DNA of 64,000 nucleotides from Eledone cirrhosa (Eukaryota): assembly GCA_964016885.1 (NCBI GenBank), contig OZ024762.1, positions 19,902,001-19,966,000 on the forward strand. The letters are read 5' to 3'. This document shows, in pieces, positions 51,285 through 63,609 of this stretch (the first letter of the stretch is position 1; every line of letters starts with the position of its first letter). The notes below the pieces were generated by a model. The model made no database searches, was not told the DNA's origin, and saw only the letters and a program-made list of their open reading frames with translations. The translations under genes were made by a program, and so were the position numbers.

Positions 51285-52502
51285 AAGAAAATAAGGCGGC
51301 AGTCCCCTCCGGGAAGTGGCCATGCGCAGAGTGTAGGAAAGGCGTAGGTAGAAATTCCATTTTGTGTCCCAAATGCAAAGTTTGGGTGCATAAAAGATGT
51401 AGTGGGATCACAAGTAAGCTAACATAGAACATAGATTTTACATGTGGCCGGTGTTCTGGGGCAATAAGTAGCAGCAAGTGCCCATAAAATACTAGCTCTT
51501 TCAACTGCGCAGAGGGTTCTATAGAAATAGTGGACAGCTTCCGTTACCTGGGTGACAAAATCAGCAGTGGGGGAGGGTGCTCTGAAAGTACAGTAGCTAG
51601 AGTCAGAACTGGGTGGAAAAAGTTCAGAGAGCTTATACCACTATTAGCCGCTAAAGGGTTCTCCCTAAAAATGAAAGGCAGGCTGTACGATGCCTGCATA
51701 CGAACAGCAATGTTGCATGGCAGTGAGACCTGGGCATTGTGTGCAGAGGATATACGCAGACTAGAGAGAAACGAAGCTTGCATGCTCCGCTGGATGTGTA
51801 ATAGTAATATACATGAACGACAAAGCATAAACGAACTAAGGAAAAAATTAGAAATAAGAGGGATCAGATGTTGTTTACTAGAGAGAAGGCTACGTTGGTA
51901 TGGTCACGTGATGCGCATGAAGGACGATAGCTGTATAACAAAGTGCAGGGCAATAAAGATAGACGGTAGCCACGGAATAGGCAGACCCAGAAAAACCTGG
52001 GACGAGCTGATAAACTCCGACCTCACACACTTACACCTCACCAAGACAATGTCACTGGACCGAGACCTTTGGCGGTACTCAGTAATAGAGAAGACCCGCC
52101 TTACCTAAATACAAAGTAAAACCTACTACAGTCAGTAGGCATCTCTAACAAAATACACCCCCGTCCCACCACCCCCACCCCATCCACACCGCCCCCTTCT
52201 AAGTAAAGTTATGTTGGTGCCACACCATCCAGGCCGAAACAAATGAGATCGTGTAGGTGTCACGACAAAAAAACACACAGTCCACGCTGTAATGTGGCCG
52301 TGTAGGCAACACGGTAAAAACCTCCCAGCCCCACACTGTAAATGTGGTTGGTGTTAGGAAGGTCATCCAACTGTAGAAAACCTGCCAGACAGTCCTATGC
52401 GAGCAAGACAATCACTCTTGCCTCAAGTGGGAAAACCTCAGTCCAAACCCATGCAAGCGTGGAACACGGACGTTAAACGTTGATGATGATGATGATGATG
52501 AT
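51285..52502 (+). mobile_element. 5'-truncated RTE LINE (type iii) with PHD-like finger, in-frame stops and a ~390 nt 3'UTR
   Basis: KWPCAECRKGVGRNSILCPKCKVWVHKRC..*..VDSFRYLG..IEKTRLT*; ends GGACGTTAAACGTT(GAT)n. Confidence 0.93.
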
Positions 52503-53241
52503 AACATGTAATCCATGTGCAACCATGCAGTATTCTTCTCCCCATATTTTTCATATATATATATATATATATAGTTATGCTTTGGGAGGGTCATGCTGTC
52601 ACTTTCACAAACAAAAATTCAAAAACAAATTATATATATATATATAGTTGAAAATATATATATATATAGTTGAAAATATACAAACAAAACACAGGAGCCA
52701 ATTGTACACAGCTTATGAATCTGCAAAAGAAAATAATTAATAATAATTACATTGTTGCCAACTAATTAGACTGGAGCAACAATAAAATCATTTGAAATTT
52801 TAAATCCTATTTTTTTGTCGTTGTTTCTGATTTATAAACAAATTAAATACATGATAGTATATTTTATGCCTGAGTGAAAAAAGTGTGTCATGTGATGAGG
52901 TGAAGGGTGAGTGACTGACTGTAAATGATCTAGTCAGCCCATTTGATAAGCATAAACTTTAGTAACAGAGCTTGTTTGAAGTGCTTGTTTTTTTTTATAT
53001 ATATTTATATATTCTGAAATCAAGTGATATTTCTGAACCATAAATCAACAATTTTCAAGTTAAATATTGACCTGTCCTGATCAAAAACTTAGGATGCAGA
53101 GGCTCATAATGAAATTATTATAATGGATAAAACATCAATACATTATTACTCCGGATTAAAATGTTGATGAAATAAATCACTGCCATTACTGGAATTGAAA
53201 TATCAAAACTGTAGAGGTATGTCATATATCAAATCATATAT

Positions 53242-53304
53242 TTTATCTGACGAGGACGTACTGGAAAAAAAACAACACAGTACCTTTGAAATATATATAA
53301 TAAA
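53242..53304 (+). ncRNA. Minimal type I hammerhead ribozyme
   Basis: TTTAT-CTGACGA-GGACGTACTG..CAGTACCTTT-GAAA TATATA T-A-ATAAA, with a 1-bp stem III and a palindromic loop. Confidence 0.7.
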
Positions 53305-53620
53305 GCATATATTTTGATTATGTGAATATCTTCATTTCTTAATATTTTGAATAATATTAAAACTCCAGAAATATCTCATGTTGGGTGCTTTTAATCTATT
53401 GTAAAACTGTATTCATTGAGTAATCAATGAACCATATTAATCTTTGGTTATATAAATATATAAGGAAAAAAGATGAAATCAAAAATGCAACTGGAGTCTT
53501 TTTAAGAATATTTATTTGTTTCCTTTACCAATTTCACAGTTCTTATGCTTTTCAAAAGTAGAATTGAGATGGAGGGTTTGTGCTTTTTCTCTCGCATATA
53601 TATGTCTATAGACATATATA

Positions 53621-53896
53621 TTATTATTATGTAATAAACAACATAAGGCAATTATTCCATTTACCAGTGGTTTCTTAAAAGCAAAAGGTTTTGCTTTCAA
53701 TCCTCAGAATGAAAAAATCCTGGTTTGTTTATTGAATTTGGATTTTAAAAAAAACCCTTTTTTTTTTTAAAAATCCAAATTCAATAAACAAACCAGGATT
53801 TTTTCATTCTGAGGATTGAAAGCAAAACCTTTTGCTTTTAAGAAACCACTGGTAAATGGAATAATTGCCTTATGTCGTTTATTACATAATAATAAT
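53621..53896. ncRNA. ~135-bp-arm palindrome carrying a complete hammerhead on each strand (+ 53803-53860; - 53656-53713)
   Basis: TTCATT-CTGAGGA-TTGAAAGCAAAA CC TTTTGCTTTTAA-GAAACC ACT GGT-A-AATGGA. Related sequence at 50101-50270 and 28345-28528. Confidence 0.85.
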
Positions 53897-54004
53897 AATT
53901 AAGCTCTGTTGCCTACATAGAGTACTCTTTTTTCCTGGACTTTTCCGACGGAATTACTTCATTTATAGACATATAAATATTGTTATATTTGGGGAGGGTC
54001 ATAT

Positions 54005-54890
54005 TGTTGGTGGTGTTGGCAGTGGTGGTATTGTTGACAGTGGTGTTGGCAGTGGTATTAGTGGTGGTAGTTTTGGCAGTGGTGTTAGTGGTGGTAGTGT
54101 TGACAGTGGTGGTGGTGGTGGTGTTGACAGTGGTATTAGTGGTGGTAGTTTTGGCAGTGGTGGTAGTGTTGACAGTGGTGGTGGTGTTGACAGTGGTATT
54201 AGTGGTGGTAGTGCTGACAGTGGTATTAGTGGTGGTGGTGTTGACAGTGGTATTAGTGGTGCTGGTGTTGACAGTGGTATTAGTGGTGGTAGTTTTGGCA
54301 GTGGTATTAGTGGTGGTGGTGTTGACAGTGGTATTAGTGGTGGTGGTGTTGGCAGTGGTATTAGTGGTGGTGGTGTTGGCAGTGGTATTAGTGGTAGTAG
54401 TTTTGGTGGTGGTGTTGACAGTGGTATTAGTGGTGGTGGTGTTGACAGTGGTATTAGTGGTGGTAGTGCTGACAGTGGTATTAGTGGTGGTGGTGTTGAC
54501 AGTGGTATTAGTGGTGGTGGTGTTGACAGTGGTATTAGTGGTGGTAGTTTTGGCAGTGGTATTAGTGGTGGTGGTGTTGACAGTGGTATTAGTGGTGGTG
54601 GTGTTGGCAGTGGTATTAGTGGTAGTAGTTTTGGTGGTGGTGTTGACAGTGGTATTAGTGGTGGTAGTGTTGACAGTGGTATTAGTGGTGGTAGTGCTGA
54701 CAGTGGTATTAGTGGTGGTAGTGTTGACAGTGGTATTAGTGGTGGTAGTGTTGACAGTGGTATTAGTGGTGGTAGTGTTGACAGTGGCATTAGTGGTGGT
54801 GGTGTTGACAGTGGCATTAGTGGTGGTGGTGTTGGCAGTGGTATTACTGGTAATACTGGTGGTGGTGTTGGCAGTGGTATTAGTGGTGGC
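54005..54890. repeat. GGT/AGT-based ~27-bp degenerate repeat (GACAGTGGTATTAGTGGTGGTGGTGTT)
   Basis: Directly visible. Confidence 0.9.
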
Positions 54891-55692
54891 TGGAGTACCA
54901 ATCCTGGATTATTGCCAAATGGGAAAAAGAAAAGAAAATCCCCTCCCATCCACATACCTACACACACACACCTACATATCCACCCACATACCCACCTACC
55001 CACTTTATACCATATCAAGTTCCCACAACACTAAAACCTCAATAGCCCTCCTCCACTGCACCACAGTTTTCCTTGTCTTCAAATTCAAGTCTCTTCACAT
55101 TCCATTGACAATCTCAAGTATCTTTTAATCCTTGTTACCATAATGTCTTTTCTCTGTGTAGTTCCCTTCTACTTCAACCTGTCAAAATGAACCACTTGTC
55201 ATATTTCCTTCTCTGATACTACCCCCACCCCACCCCACCTAGCTAATTTTTTCCCTTATCATCAATGGAAAAAGGGGCCCATTTTTTATTTATTTTATTT
55301 TTATTTTACAATGCATGTGTTTAAGTGTTCAGATAAAAGGTTGTTTTTTTTTTCTTCTTTTTTTATTCCTGTGAATGTTTTTCTTTGTTGTTTTTGTATA
55401 TATTTTTTTAATAAATCAAGCACTATTTTCATTGGGTTTATCCCCCCTCTCTATTTGTCTCTCTCTCTCATATATATGTATATATATGTATATATATGTA
55501 TATATATATATATAGAGATAGATAAATATACATGGGTGTGTATGATTGTGTATAGAAGATTATATTAATAAGAGGAATTCAAACTTTGTCTGATTTACTC
55601 ATTTTATTTACAATCCTTTATATATATATATATATATGAAAAGATTCAGGACCCCAACAGCCGAGCTCTGGCTGTTTAGAAAGCTAGATCTG

Positions 55693-55728
<36 letters not shown>

Positions 55729-56197
55729 CATGAGAAGAAAGAAGAATACTGCGTGATTTGCACATGGGTTACATATGATAAAAATAGTCCTTCGTCAGTG
55801 ATTTTCCAACCATCATTGGTATGTCATCGCATTTAAAATCAGATACCTCAGGTTGGTGCGAGCAATAATCTAAAAAAAGTTATTCGGACCAGTAATCGCG
55901 CAAAGCGAGGGGGACAAGTGAACAACATAGAAGGATAAAAACAAACCAAAGAAAGGAAATAAACAAGCAACATGGTAGTCCTGGTCAGCATAAGCTGGGT
56001 GGATTTCATGAGCGAAAAGTAAAGACGTCCGACCTGAGTGAGATGTAAGCAAGAAGAGGCCCACTGTTAGCCAAACTGGAGGAAGTGAGAAGGGGAGAAA
56101 CAGAGAGTGAGTGAGTGGAAGTGCGAGGAAGCGGTCAGTCGAGAGAAAGATATATATTTATATATTTATATATATATATATATATGTGTGTATATAT

Positions 56198-56460
56198 ATA
56201 TCATCATCATCATTTTACGTCCGCTTTTCCCTACTTTCAAGGGCGGGACGGGTCCTATTCAGCACAGACAGCATCTCTCCACTTGTGACGGTCCTTCGTC
56301 ATCTCCACTGTGAGCTTCAGCGATCTGAGGTCTGATCTCACCACCTCCGCCCATGTTTTTCCTGGGGTCTTCCTCTACTGCGTCTTCTTTCTACTGGGAT
56401 TTCTTTGCACCTCTTTATCCAGCGGTCATCCTCCATGCGCATTACATGTCCATACCATCG
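56198..56460 (-). mobile_element. 3' end of RTE LINE type i
   Basis: Reverse-complement homologue of 46065-46330. Confidence 0.88.
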
Positions 56461-56477
56461 TATATATATGTGTATAT

Positions 56478-56752
56478 ATCATCATCATCATCATTTCATT
56501 TTTACATCTGCTTTTCCCTGCTTGCAAGGGTGGGACGGGAACTGATTCTGGCTTGATTTCTACAGCTGGATGCCCTTCCTAACACCAACCTCATTTACAG
56601 TGAGTGCTGGGTGTTTTTTTTTTCCATGGCGCCTCCACGTCCACTTTACAGTATGGGCTGGGTACTTTTTTGCCGTGGCACCTCCACGACCACTTTACAG
56701 TGGAATGATAGGGACCCCAGTCCCTATCATCTCATTTCTACAGCTGAGTAAA
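56478..56752 (-). mobile_element. SINE-B lacking its tRNA head
   Basis: Tail, body and junction hairpin are present; it stops at CAGCTGAGTAAA. Confidence 0.85.
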
Positions 56753-56761
56753 TATATATAT

Positions 56762-59700
56762 ATCACTCCTTCCTGCCTCGGTCGACGTCATCACCCCTTC
56801 CTTCCTCAGTCAACGTCATCACCCCTTCCTTCCTCAGTCGACGTCATCACCCCTTCCTTCCCCAGTCGACGTAATCACCCCTTCCTTCCCCATCGGCGTC
56901 ATCACCCCTTCCTTCCTCAGCCGACGTCATCACCCTTCCTTCCTCAGTCGACGTTATCACCCCTTCCTTCCTCAGTCGACGTTATCATCCCTTCTTTCCT
57001 CAGTCGACGTTATCACCCTTCCTTCCTCAGTCGACGTCATCACCCCTTCCTTCCTCAGTCGACGTCATCACCCCTTCCTTCCTCAGTCGACGTCATCACC
57101 CCTTCCTTCCCCTGTCGACGTAATCACCCCTTCCTTCCCCATCAGCGTCATCACCCCTTCCTTCCTCAGCCGACGTCATCACCCTTCCTTCCTCAGTCGA
57201 CGTTATCACCCCTTCCTTCCTCAGTCGACGTTATCACCCTTCCTTCCTCAGTCGACGTCATCACCCCTTCCTTCCTCAGTCGACGTTATCATCCCTTCCT
57301 TCCTCAGTCGACGTTATCATCCCTTCTTTCCTCAGTCGACGTTATCACCCTTCCTTCCTCAGTCGACGTCATCACCCCTTCCTTCCCCAGTCGACGTAAT
57401 CACCCCTTCCTTCCCCATCAGCGTCATCACCCCTTCCTTCCTCAGCCGACGTCATCACCCTTCCTTCCTCAGTCGACGTTATCACCCTTCCTTCCTCAGT
57501 CGACGTTATCACCCTTCCTTCCTCAGTCGACGTCATCACCCCTTCCTTCCTCAGTCGACGTCATCACCCCTTCCTTCCCCAGTCGACGTAATCACCCCTT
57601 CCTTCCCCATCAGCGTCATCACCCCTTCCTTCCTCAGCCGACGTCATCACCCTTCCTTCCTCAGTCGACGTTATCACCCCTTCCTTCCTCAGTCGACGTT
57701 ATCACCCTTCCTTCCTCAGTCGACGTCATCACCCCTTCCTTCCTCAGTCGACGTTATCATCCCTTCCTTCCTCAGTCGACGTTATCATCCCTTCTTTCCT
57801 CAGTCGACGTTATCACCCTTCCTTCCTCAGTCTACGTCATCACCCCTTCCTTCCCCAGTCGACGTAATCACCCCTTCCTTCCCCATCAGCGTCATTACCC
57901 CTTCCTTCCTCAGCCGACATCATCACCCTTCCTTCCTCAGTCGACGTTATCACCCTTCCTTCCTCAGTCGACGTTATCACCCTTCCTTCCTCAGTCGACG
58001 TCATCACCCCTTCCTTCCTCAGTCGACGTCATCACCCCTTCCTTCCTCAGTCGACATTATCACCCCTTCCTTCCTCAGTCGACGTTATCATCCCTTCTTT
58101 CCTCAGTCGACGTTATCACCCTTCCTTCCTCAGTCGATGTCATCACTCCTTCCTTCCTCAGTCGACATTATCACCCCTTCCTTCCTCAGTCGACGTTATC
58201 ACCCCTTCCTTCCTCAGTCGACGTTATCACCCTTCCTTCCTCAGTCGACGTTATCATCCCTTCTTTCCTCAGTCGACGTCATCACCCCTTCCTTCCCCAG
58301 TCGACGTAATCACCCCTTCCTTCCCCATCAGCGTCATCACCCCTTCCTTCCTCAGCCGACGTCATCACCCTTCCTTCCTCAGTCGACGTTATCACCCTTC
58401 CTTCCTCAGTCGACGTTATCACCCTTCCTTCCTCAGTCGACGTCATCACCCCTTCCTTCCTCAGTCGACGTCATCACCCCTTCCTTCCCCAGTCGACGTA
58501 ATCACCCCTTCCTTCCCCATCAGCGTCATCACCCCTTCCTTCCTCAGCCGACGTCATCACCCTTCCTTCCTCAGTCGACGTTATCACCCCTTCCTTCCTC
58601 AGTCGACGTTATCACCCTTCCTTCCTCAGTCGACGTCATCACCCCTTCCTTCCTCAGTCGACGTTATCATCCCTTCCTTCCTCAGTCGACGTTATCATCC
58701 CTTCTTTCCTCAGTCGACGTTATCACCCTTCCTTCCTCAGTCTACGTCATCACCCCTTCCTTCCCCAGTCGACGTAATCACCCCTTCCTTCCCCATCAGC
58801 GTCATTACCCCTTCCTTCCTCAGCCGACATCATCACCCTTCCTTCCTCAGTCGACGTTATCACCCTTCCTTCCTCAGTCGACGTTATCACCCTTCCTTCC
58901 TCAGTCGACGTCATCACCCCTTCCTTCCTCAGTCGACGTCATCACCCCTTCCTTCCTCAGTCGACATTATCACCCCTTCCTTCCTCAGTCGACGTTATCA
59001 TCCCTTCTTTCCTCAGTCGACGTTATCACCCTTCCTTCCTCAGTCGATGTCATCACTCCTTCCTTCCTCAGTCGACATTATCACCCCTTCCTTCCTCAGT
59101 CGACGTTATCACCCCTTCCTTCCTCAGTCGACGTTATCACCCTTCCTTCCTCAGTCGACGTTATCATCCCTTCTTTCCTCAGTCGACGTCATCACCCCTT
59201 CCTTCCCCAGTCGACGTAATCACCCCTTCCTTCCCCATCAGCGTCATCACCCCTTCCTTCCTCAGCCGACGTCATCACCCTTCCTTCCTCAGTCGACGTT
59301 ATCACCCTTCCTTCCTCAGTCGACGTCATCACCCCTTCCTTCCTCAGTCGACGTCATCACCCCTTCCTTCCTCAGTCGATGTCATCACTCCTTCCTTCCT
59401 CAGTCGACATTATCACCCCTTCCTTCCTCAGTCGACGTTATCACCCCTTCCTTCCTCAGTCGACGTCATCACCCCTTCCTTCCTCAGACGACGTTATCCC
59501 CCTTCCTTCCTCAGTCGACATTATCACCCCTTCCTTCCTCAGTCGACGTCATCACCCCTTCCTTCCTCAGACGACGTCATCACCCCTTCCTTCCTCAGAC
59601 GACGTTATCCCCCTTCCTTCCTCAGACGACGTTATCCCCTTCCTTCCTCAGTCGACGTCATCACTCCTTCCTTCCTCAGTCGACATTATCACCCCTTCCT

Positions 59701-59942
59701 TCCTCAGTCGACGTCATCACCCCTTCCTTCCTCAGTCGACGTCATCACCCTTCCTTCCTCAGTCGACGTTATCACCCTTCCTTCCTCAGTCGACGTTATC
59801 ATCCCTTCTTTCCTCAGTCGACGTTATCTCCCTTCCTTCCTCAGTCGACGTTATCACCCCTTTCTTCCTCAGTCGACGTTATCACCCCTTCCTTCCTCAG
59901 TCGACGTTATCACCCCTTCTTTCCTCAGTCGACGTTATCACC
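56762..59942. repeat. 27-28-bp CpG-rich satellite CAGTCGACGT(C/T)ATCACCC(C)TTCCTTCCT with a 910-bp higher-order repeat
   Basis: About 115 units; identical variant blocks start at 58137 and 59047. Confidence 0.95.
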
Positions 59943-60084
59943 TCTAATTATATATTAGTAGATATATATAGATATGCGAGTTGTGGGTTCAATCGGGGGT
60001 AACCACAGTAAGTAAGGTACTCAATCCATTAGTAGAGTATACAACATATTTAATATAGAAATGGATTCTACAGGACTAGAACTC

Positions 60085-60530
60085 TTCCATCTCTTCTCTC
60101 TCCCCTCTCTTCCATCTCTTCTCTCTCCCCTCTCTTCCATCTCTCCTTCTCTTCCATCTCTTCTCTTTCCCCCCTCTTCCATCTCTCCCCCCTCTCCCAT
60201 CTCTCCTCTCTCTTCCCTCTCTCCCCTCTCTCTCTCCTCTCTTCCATCTCTTCCCTCTCTTCCTTTTCTCCTCTCTCTCTCCTCTCCTCCCCCTCTCTCT
60301 CCCCTCTCTCTCTCCCTTCTCTACCTTCTCTCCCCTCTCTCCCATTTCTCCCTTCTCCCGTCTCTCCCTTCTCTTCCATCTCTCCCCACTCTTCCATCTC
60401 TCCCCTCTCCTTTCTCTTCCATCTCTCCTCTTCTCTCTCCCGCCTCTCCCCTCTCCCTTCTCTTCCATCTCTCCCCTTCTCTCTCCCGCCTCTCTCTCTC
60501 TCCCCTCTCTTCCATCTCTCCTCCCTCTTC
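60085..60530. repeat. Polypyrimidine (CT-rich) low-complexity tract
   Basis: Directly visible. Confidence 0.9.
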
Positions 60531-61298
60531 TCAGAATGACTGCACAGTCATCCATTCTATCCTTCCTCTCTCCTCTCTCCTCTCTCCTCTCAATGACTAC
60601 ACAGACATCCATCTCATCATTGAATCAGAATGGAGAATAAAATTATTTTAATTTCACATTGTCGGAAAATTTATTAGAAACCTAATAATGTTTATATTTA
60701 TATGTGGAAGTAAGAAATTAGCTCTGAAATAATATCAGATCAATATCTGCTGGGATCTCAATGGCTTCTTTCATTACACTGTTTCCAACATTCAAGTTGC
60801 AGTCTGTAATAAAAATTATGGTTTTATTGTTCGTGAAAGTAAATTGACAATTTTATATACATACGTATGTTTGGCTGTGCATATGTGGAGAAATGGAGCT
60901 CAATACATAAAGTAGAGTATACATAATTCTTTTATGAGAAGAGAATGGTATAATGGGAGTTACTTTAGGATCTTCAGCGCCATGCCAAAGCAATGTTCAA
61001 GTGCATTGACATAAAACTGTCTGTCAATAAGTATCTCAAAATATGAAATGGTTTAACAATCAAAGAAAATAGATTGTAACAAAATTGACTGTGAAAGGAG
61101 AGTTTAAAGTTCACCCATCATTAAAATGGAACAATCCATTTTGGTTAGAAGGAAATATAAAAACAATAATATATATAATAGAGTAAAATGACAGGATATA
61201 TATATATATATAGATAGAGAGATGTTTCTTCATTGTACTGTGTCGTTTGCTTTGTTATGTCTGTTTGCCTTTTGCATATATATGTATATATATATGTA

Positions 61299-61347
<49 letters not shown>

Positions 61348-61549
61348 AATGCTATAAAATAGCATCTTTCTGCATTAGCACACCAGTTTTTCTATTAACT
61401 TTATCCCCTTCATAAAAGTCCGAGTGATCAGCTACACATATATATTTATTTATATATCACCATCATCAGTCATCATTACTGTTTTACGTCCATTTTTCAT
61501 GCAAAATGGTGATGATAATGATATATATATATATACATACATATATATA

Positions 61550-61970
61550 TCATTATCATCACCATTTTCTTCAACGCTAGCATGGGTTAGACGGGTTGTC
61601 CTGTTGTGGGCAGTGTCCGGTCAGCTGACCTTGTCTTGCACATACAGGAACTGATTCTGGCTTGATTTCTACAGCTGGATGCCCTTCCTAACACCAACCT
61701 CATTTACAGTGAGTGCTGGGGGCTTTTTTTCCATGGCACCTCCACATCCACTTTACAGTGTGGGCTGGGTGCTTTTTTGCCGTGGCACCTCCACGACCAC
61801 TTTACAGTGGAATGATAGGGACCCCAGTCCCTATCATCTCATTTCTACAGCTGAGTAAACTGGAACAATGTGAAATAAAGTGTCTTGCTCAAGGAAACAA
61901 CACATCACCCGGTCTGAGTATTGAACCCACAACCTTTTGATTGCAAGCCCAATGCTCTCACCACTAAGTG
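61550..61970 (-). mobile_element. SINE-B carrying the full type ii tail
   Basis: Head at 61830-61970; the tail CAGTTCCTGTATG..GGACAACCCGTCTAACCCATGCTAGCG matches the LINE at 48345-48450. Confidence 0.88.
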
Positions 61971-62096
61971 ACGAATGGAGAGATGTTTGCTAAATAGGAC
62001 CAGTCCCAACCTTGCAAGCAAGGAAAGGCAGACGTAAAATGATGATGATAATGATGATATATATATATATATATGATGTTGAAACAATGATGATGA

Positions 62097-62160
<64 letters not shown>

Positions 62161-62164
<4 letters not shown>

Positions 62165-62625
62165 GGTTACACAACAGTTAGTTCACCATACCGAGAACAA
62201 TTGTTTCACCTTAGCAGATCCTCAGCTCAGAATGGGCATGGGTATAGGAACAGGAAGGACAACCGTACGAACGCGCATGCGCAGGAACCCGGTCACTTCA
62301 CACGGGCAATACTAGAATGCGTGCGAGAGGTGTAAGGGAGATAACTGCGAAAGTCCGAAAAGAAAAGTTTTTAGTTGAAAAAGAAAATTACAAAGAATCA
62401 GTCCGGAGCCTTGTAGTTATGTAATAGGTGTTTGGCGACGTGTGGACAACGTGTGAAAAATTCATTTCTCATGTTGAGGCAATCATTATTGCGTAATCTC
62501 TTTAGAATTGTTATTCGTTCGTCAATACATAAGCCACACGTCGGATTTCCCCTTGCGTATGGCTCGGACTTAGTGATGGCTTTCCATTGAATGGAGTAGT
62601 CTATACTTGAGTCCTTGAGGGACCA
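62161..62625 (-). mobile_element. 3' end of a Penelope-like retroelement (Naiad/Neptune-type GIY-YIG C-terminus plus pLTR)
   Basis: WSLKD..YSIQWKAI..PY..CGLCIDERITI..CLNMRNEFFTRCPH..K matches the WxLK..IxW..CxLC..EK..LNxRxE..CxH pattern. It is flanked by microsatellites and followed by a hammerhead. Confidence 0.85.
62191..62230 (-). ncRNA. Minimal hammerhead in the Penelope-like 3' region
   Basis: CTGAG-CTGAGGA-TCT GCTA AGGT-GAAAC AATT GT-T-CTCGG, with a palindromic AATT loop. Confidence 0.8.
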
Positions 62626-63182
62626 TACATATATATATATATCCATATCCATGTATATATATATATATATCCTCATGTGCTCCCTTCCTCTAGCACACTG
62701 TCTCCCTTTCTCTTTCATTTTGTCTATATCTCCCACTCACTTACTGACTCTCTCTCTTTCTTGTCCTCCCCCCCCCCTATCTATCTATCTATCCATCCAT
62801 CCATACATCTATCCATCCATCCATACATCTAGTTATCTATCTATCTATTGCTACTATTTCTTCCATTCCCTTGCTATACTCCCCTTCCCTCCTAGCCACC
62901 ACCCTCATGAAACACACACGCACGCACACACACACACCACACACGTGCACAATGGACTGTGGCCTATTTTCATAACTAGCGGCTGTCATACCTAATAATT
63001 ATTTCATTGTTTATATATATATATGTTTCTATGTCTTTTTTCCTTTTCTTATATAAATAATAAACATATTTACACGCACAAAACCCACATCGTACCATCC
63101 TGTGCCGTCCTGTACCGTCTTTCATGTTTTTCTTGATGTCAGCCCTTGTGGCCAATAAAGAAATCATTATTATCATTATTAG

Positions 63183-63362
63183 GGGGGATTGGCAGTATCG
63201 GTAGAGAGTCGGACGCCATGCTTTGACGCATAGTTACGGCCCTTGCCATTCTGAGTTCAAATCCCGCCGAGGTTAACTTTGCCCTCATCCTTACGGGGTC
63301 GATAAAATAAAGTACCAGTAATGCACTGGGTAATTACTGGCCTTGTGCCAAAAGTAGAAACA
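63183..63362 (+). mobile_element. SINE-A embedded in (ATT)n
   Basis: Full consensus followed by long ATT/GTT repeats. Confidence 0.92.
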
Positions 63363-63609
63363 ATTATTATCATTATTAACACCATTATAATAATAATTAT
63401 TATTATTATTATTATTATTATTGTTATTAATATTGTTGTTGTTGTTAATATTGTAGTTGTAGTTGTAGTTGTTGTTGTACTCCTTCTACTTGTTGTTTTC
63501 TTTCTTTTCTCAATATTTTCGGAGAAATATTATTTTCCGCCATTAATGTAAATGGTTTCTAGTCACCATGCTCATGCATATTCAACCATGCATGGCAATG
63601 TGTTTATAC

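Noticed and set aside
55030-55185. Minus-strand exon VEVEGNYTEKRHY
   Set aside because: The surrounding translation (..VEG...WRRAIE) looks more like a decayed RTE LINE C-terminus.
55760-55860. Hammerhead or SECIS on the minus strand (CTGACGA)
   Set aside because: No downstream GAAA or stem III is present, and SECIS spacing is not satisfied.
56570-60002. Long Pro/Ser-rich ORFs
   Set aside because: The 27/28-bp units shift frame constantly and the ORF begins in an antisense SINE.
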